A DNA stretch of 20,287 nucleotides from an archaeon (GTDB taxonomy: Archaea > Iainarchaeota > Iainarchaeia > Iainarchaeales > JAAZKV01), in the NCBI GenBank assembly GCA_036170245.1, contig JAVHOV010000011.1, positions 1 to 20,287 of the forward strand, read 5' to 3'. Both the position numbers and the translations under genes were made by a program. The number at the start of each line of letters is the position of its first letter. Positions within the stretch are counted from its first letter, which is position 1. Positions 17,075 to 20,287 of the stretch are shown here, piece by piece. The notes beneath the pieces were generated by a model. That model saw nothing but the letters and a program-made list of their open reading frames with translations, did not search any database and was not told the DNA's origin.

Positions 17075-17230
17075 GCAGAGGTGGCAGAGCGGTCAAATGC
17101 GTACGCTTGGAAAGCAGCCCTTTTCTTTGTAAAGAAAAGTGCTCCGATCCCAAAAGAAACTATTTGGGATTTGAAAAGCCAATAAGCGTATTCCTTCACA
17201 GGAGCCCGAGTTCAAATCCCGGCCTCTGCG
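17075..17230 (+). tRNA. tRNA-Ser(GGA) with 72-nt intron at position 37/38; CCA not encoded
   Basis: Acceptor stem GCAGAGG(17075-81)/CCTCTGC(17223-29), discriminator G; D-arm GCAGAGCGGTCAAATGC; anticodon stem TACGC(17102-06)/GCGTA(17186-90); anticodon GGA 17109-11; long variable arm TCCT-TCAC-AGGA; T-loop TTCAAAT. Confidence 0.93.
17113..17184 (+). other. tRNA intron with relaxed bulge-helix splicing motif and two internal hairpins
   Basis: TTGG(17107-10) pairs with CCAA(17179-82), followed by the 3-nt bulge TA|A. Removing 17113-17184 restores the 7-nt anticodon loop TTGGAAA. Confidence 0.85.
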
Positions 17231-17314
17231 TAAAACTTTTAGTTAAGTGCACAAAAAGTACTAGTTTTGTTTAAAAAGAACGCAAAAACAATTCCTATCA
17301 GGAGATTGTTTAAT

Positions 17315-18634
17315 ATGCAATTCAATAATGTAACTAATGTGGACTTTCATAATTATGATAGAGAAATTAGTAGACTACTTGATAGAATTAATGGAATAGT
17401 TCCAATATATAAAAAAGTGAATAAGCAATTAAGGAGAGCTGGTGATTATTCAGCTATTTCCCCAAAGAACAAAGAATTACTGTTGAGAGTGCATCAAGAT
17501 TGTATTTTGAAAGGTAATAGTAAGGCGAGAATTATTGCAAAATTAAGTAGACTTTGTTGGAATTTTATTTTGTTTGGAAGCAAGGATGTTGATACAGCAA
17601 CTAGAACTGATTTTCAAGAAGTTTTTAGTCAAATAATGCAAAATCCAAAACTTAACGAAACCACAAAAAAATTGAGAGTAGATGAACTAAAAAGATTAGA
17701 TAGAGAGTATTTTGGTAACGGTGAATTTTACACTGAAAGAACTAAGTGGATGAAATTTGCAAAATCAAGTAAATCCAGATACTTGCCTGAAGAATTAATT
17801 AATGAAAAAGAGGCTGTTAAAATAATTGATTCGGCAGCTTCAATCCGAGACAAAGCATTTATTCACACTCTTTGGGCAACTGGTGCTCGTGTTGGAGAAA
17901 TGGGTAACCTAAAAGTGAAACACTTTGATTATGTTGGAAAATGTAGTGAAGCTCATTTGACTTTGAATGGAAAAACAGGAATGCGAAAAGTTCTCATAAT
18001 AGAACCTGTGTTAGATGTTTTATCCTGGCTCAAAGTCCACCCATTAAAAGATTCTCCAGATTTTAAAGAAGCTTTTCTCTTTTCCAAAATGAACGGAGAG
18101 CCCATGACTCACCCAGGTACTGAAAAAATAATTAGAACCGCAATGAAAAGAGCCGGCATAAACAAAAGATGCAATCCTCACTTATGGCGACACTCAAGAG
18201 CAACTCACTTATGTGCAAAAGGTTTAGGTGAAATGCAGATGAGACACTACTTTGGATGGGCAAAAGGAAGCGATATGCCTTCAATTTACATTCACTTAAG
18301 TCAAGTAGGACTAGATTCAGCCTTAAAAAAATCCTTGGGAATTGAAGATGAAAAAGAACAAGAAATTGTATGCAGAGTATGCGCACACACAAATACAGGA
18401 AATACAAAAAACTGTGCAAGATGTGGTAAGCCCTTATCAATAGAAGGATATATCCAACTTGACCAAGAAAAAAAATTAATTGAGCAAGATCGAAACATTT
18501 CACAAAAAGTATTCCAAGAAGCATTTAGACTAATAAATGATCAAAAATTTTCCCCAGAAGAAGCCCAAAAAGAAGCAATAAAATCAATAGCACAAGAGAT
18601 GTTTCTAGGAGGATATCTAAAAAACACTATTTAG
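17315..18634 (+). CDS. Tyrosine recombinase/integrase with C-terminal zinc ribbon
   Basis: TGARVGE (R), GKTG (K), PHLWRHS (HxxR), FGW, IYIH (Y); CRVC...CARC zinc ribbon. ATG 17315 with AGGAG at 17300-04 preferred over TTG 17267. Confidence 0.93.
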   Translation: MQFNNVTNVDFHNYDREISRLLDRINGIVPIYKKVNKQLRRAGDYSAISPKNKELLLRVHQDCILKGNSKARIIAKLSRLCWNFILFGSKDVDTATRTDFQEVFSQIMQNPKLNETTKKLRVDELKRLDREYFGNGEFYTERTKWMKFAKSSKSRYLPEELINEKEAVKIIDSAASIRDKAFIHTLWATGARVGEMGNLKVKHFDYVGKCSEAHLTLNGKTGMRKVLIIEPVLDVLSWLKVHPLKDSPDFKEAFLFSKMNGEPMTHPGTEKIIRTAMKRAGINKRCNPHLWRHSRATHLCAKGLGEMQMRHYFGWAKGSDMPSIYIHLSQVGLDSALKKSLGIEDEKEQEIVCRVCAHTNTGNTKNCARCGKPLSIEGYIQLDQEKKLIEQDRNISQKVFQEAFRLINDQKFSPEEAQKEAIKSIAQEMFLGGYLKNTI

Positions 18635-18690
18635 TAGTATGTTATACCAGCCCATATGTCTAGATAGTAGCATTATATAAAATTAATCTA

Positions 18691-18728
18691 TTTATAAACA
18701 GTTGTATTTCATAAGATACATTTATAAA
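18691..18728 (+). promoter_or_regulatory. Two TTTATAAA boxes upstream of the ATPase gene
   Basis: TTTATAAA at 18691-98 and 18721-28; the latter is 22 nt before ATG 18751, consistent with a leaderless transcript. Confidence 0.5.
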
Positions 18729-18750
18729 TTGATTGGGAGCAAATATCCAT

Positions 18751-20229
18751 ATGTACAATGAAAATTCGATTTTGTTGAGAGAACTTCAAAAAGAAAATAC
18801 TTGGTGGAGTGGAAAAGATGTCCCTTCTGAATTGTTAAAAGGATTCAAAAGAGCTGACTTTTTTGCATATTCAAGAACAATTCTTGAAGAAGAATACCCT
18901 CATATAATCATAGGCCCCAGAAGAGTTGGTAAATCAACTCTACTTTACCAATTAGTGGATTTTTTAATAAATAAAAAGGCAGTCCCTAGAAATAGAATAA
19001 TTTTATTATCACTTGAACGACCATTTTTCAGCACAATAAAAAATCCAATAAAACAATCTCTTGACCTATTTGAAGAAAATATTCTCAAAGAACCCCTAAG
19101 TAATCTAAAAGAACCTGTATACATATTTTTAGATGAAGCAAGTAGGAATGAAGATTGGGCCCTTCAAGTAAAAGAATACTATGACAGGCGATATAAATTA
19201 AATTTTCTAATCACAGGATCATCAAGCCCTGCACTATTTGCAAAAAGTACAGAATCTTTAGTTGGTCGACATAAAAAAACAATTATGTTAACATTAAAAT
19301 TTAGTGATATTGTAAAAATGACTGGTGATGATCAATTAAAGGATTTATTGTTTCAACACACAAAAGATAGTTTAAGAGCAAGTTTTATTGAAGCAATTCA
19401 AAAAGAAACACCTAATATCTTTTTTGATAAAATGAACGAATTTTACATAGCTACAGGAAGTGAAAATGAAACCAAATTGCAACTTATATTAAATCAATAT
19501 TTACTAAAGGGAGGATACCCTGAATTTTTTGAAAAAGAAAAAACCTGGAGTGAAACGTCAAAAATAATGCGAGAAGCATATTTTGAAGCAATAATTAGTT
19601 ATGACATGGTCAGAATATTTAAATCTAGAAATCCTGAAAAAATAAAACAATTATACACATTTTTGTCAGTATATACAAGCCAACAAGTAAATTTAACAAA
19701 TATTTCAAGTGATTTAGGCATAACTCGCGCAGTATTAAGTGAGTACTTATCTCAACTAAAACAAACTTATCTAATTAATATAATAAGACCTTATAAAAAA
19801 AATAAAATTAAGATAACTAATGACTTGAAAAAAATATATGTAGGGGATGTAGGCTTACGTAACGCTGTTTTAGGACTAAATGAAAACGAAGTAAATGAAC
19901 CAGACTTACAAGGAAGGCTAGCTGAAACAATTGCTCAAGACCACTCTTTAAGATTAAAATTTTGTTTAGAACCAAACACGGAAAATGAAAATTTTTTCTG
20001 GAAATCAGAAAGAGAAATAGATATAATAATGGAAATAGAAAAGAAACTTATTCCAATTGAATCTAAATATGCTGAAAATATAAAATCAGAAGATGTATCT
20101 GAATTAAAAAATGTGATAAAAGAACTTAAAAGTCCATTTGGAATACTCTTAACAAAAAACTCTTTTAAAATAGATAAAGAAAATAAAATGATAAGTGTCC
20201 CATTATGGCTATACTTACTTATGTGTTAG
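18751..20229 (+). CDS. AAA+ ATPase (AAA_14/COG1373-like) with DUF4143 region and C-terminal PD-(D/E)xK-like motif
   Basis: ENTWW, Walker A GPRRVGKST, Walker B IFLDEA, ITGSS, SLVGR, GGYPE, KKIYVGDVGL, EIDII...IPIESK. ATG 18751 preferred over TTG 18733. Confidence 0.9.
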   Translation: MYNENSILLRELQKENTWWSGKDVPSELLKGFKRADFFAYSRTILEEEYPHIIIGPRRVGKSTLLYQLVDFLINKKAVPRNRIILLSLERPFFSTIKNPIKQSLDLFEENILKEPLSNLKEPVYIFLDEASRNEDWALQVKEYYDRRYKLNFLITGSSSPALFAKSTESLVGRHKKTIMLTLKFSDIVKMTGDDQLKDLLFQHTKDSLRASFIEAIQKETPNIFFDKMNEFYIATGSENETKLQLILNQYLLKGGYPEFFEKEKTWSETSKIMREAYFEAIISYDMVRIFKSRNPEKIKQLYTFLSVYTSQQVNLTNISSDLGITRAVLSEYLSQLKQTYLINIIRPYKKNKIKITNDLKKIYVGDVGLRNAVLGLNENEVNEPDLQGRLAETIAQDHSLRLKFCLEPNTENENFFWKSEREIDIIMEIEKKLIPIESKYAENIKSEDVSELKNVIKELKSPFGILLTKNSFKIDKENKMISVPLWLYLLMC

Positions 20230-20265
20230 GTTCTGGTTTTGTAGAAATCCTTTATAAAGGAATAA

Positions 20266-20285
20266 ATAGGAGGTTGCCCTCCTAT
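20266..20285 (-). terminator. Perfect 8-bp hairpin, probably ending a convergent gene beyond the window
   Basis: ATAGGAGG-TTGC-CCTCCTAT; on the minus strand the loop is GCAA (GNRA) followed by TTATTCCTTT. Confidence 0.55.
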
Positions 20286-20287
20286 CT

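Larger units (their letters stand above)
17231..20287. mobile_element. Left end of a putative tRNA-Ser-integrated element/genomic island
   Basis: An intact integrase starts 85 nt after the tRNA 3' end and is followed by an accessory-type ATPase. The second att copy is not within the window. Confidence 0.65.

Noticed and set aside
17113..17184. Intron as a box C/D guide RNA or nested intron
   Set aside because: No RUGAUGA/CUGA pair, and no second bulge-helix-bulge with bulges on opposite strands could be drawn.
1383..18524. Antisense ORFs in the track (1383-1646, 4256-4453, 5128-5388, 7196-7387, 8222-8455, 10362-10646, 10823-11104, 11150-11341, 12458-12901, 18132-18524, 18301-18498)
   Set aside because: All lie opposite well-supported genes and show no recognisable motifs; they are shadow ORFs.
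1..20287. CRISPR array, rRNA or IS element
   Set aside because: No regularly spaced repeats, rRNA-like sequence or transposase motifs were seen by eye.

Overview
AT-rich archaeal genomic window. Archaeal origin is supported by a Dph6 domain, an intron-containing tRNA with a bulge-helix motif, and TTTAWAWA-like TATA boxes about 23-25 nt before several ATGs. A DPANN (possibly Iainarchaeota-like) lineage is my inference only. Left to right: a small membrane protein, a J-domain protein, and a DEAD-box helicase with a long disordered tail. Next is a co-oriented run of a Leptospira/Bacteroidetes-type citramalate synthase, Sua5, and an AsnB-Dph6 fusion. A minus-strand cluster follows (CPA2 antiporter, thioredoxin-like lipoprotein, MacB/LolD-like ABC ATPase, two permeases). 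After that come a DUF692/MNIO-like TIM-barrel metalloenzyme, a 61-aa half-SWIB protein, an unannotated 31-38 aa acidic/Ala-rich peptide ORF, an orphan protein, a CoA-binding protein and a SPOUT methyltransferase. The window ends with tRNA-Ser(GGA) carrying a 72-nt structured intron, directly followed by the left end of a probable integrative element (tyrosine integrase with zinc ribbon, AAA+ ATPase-PD-(D/E)xK protein). Best leads: the AsnB-Dph6 fusion, the MNIO-like enzyme near a precursor-like peptide, the half-SWIB protein, and the intron-bearing tRNA used as an apparent integration site. All family calls come from motif recognition, not database searches.
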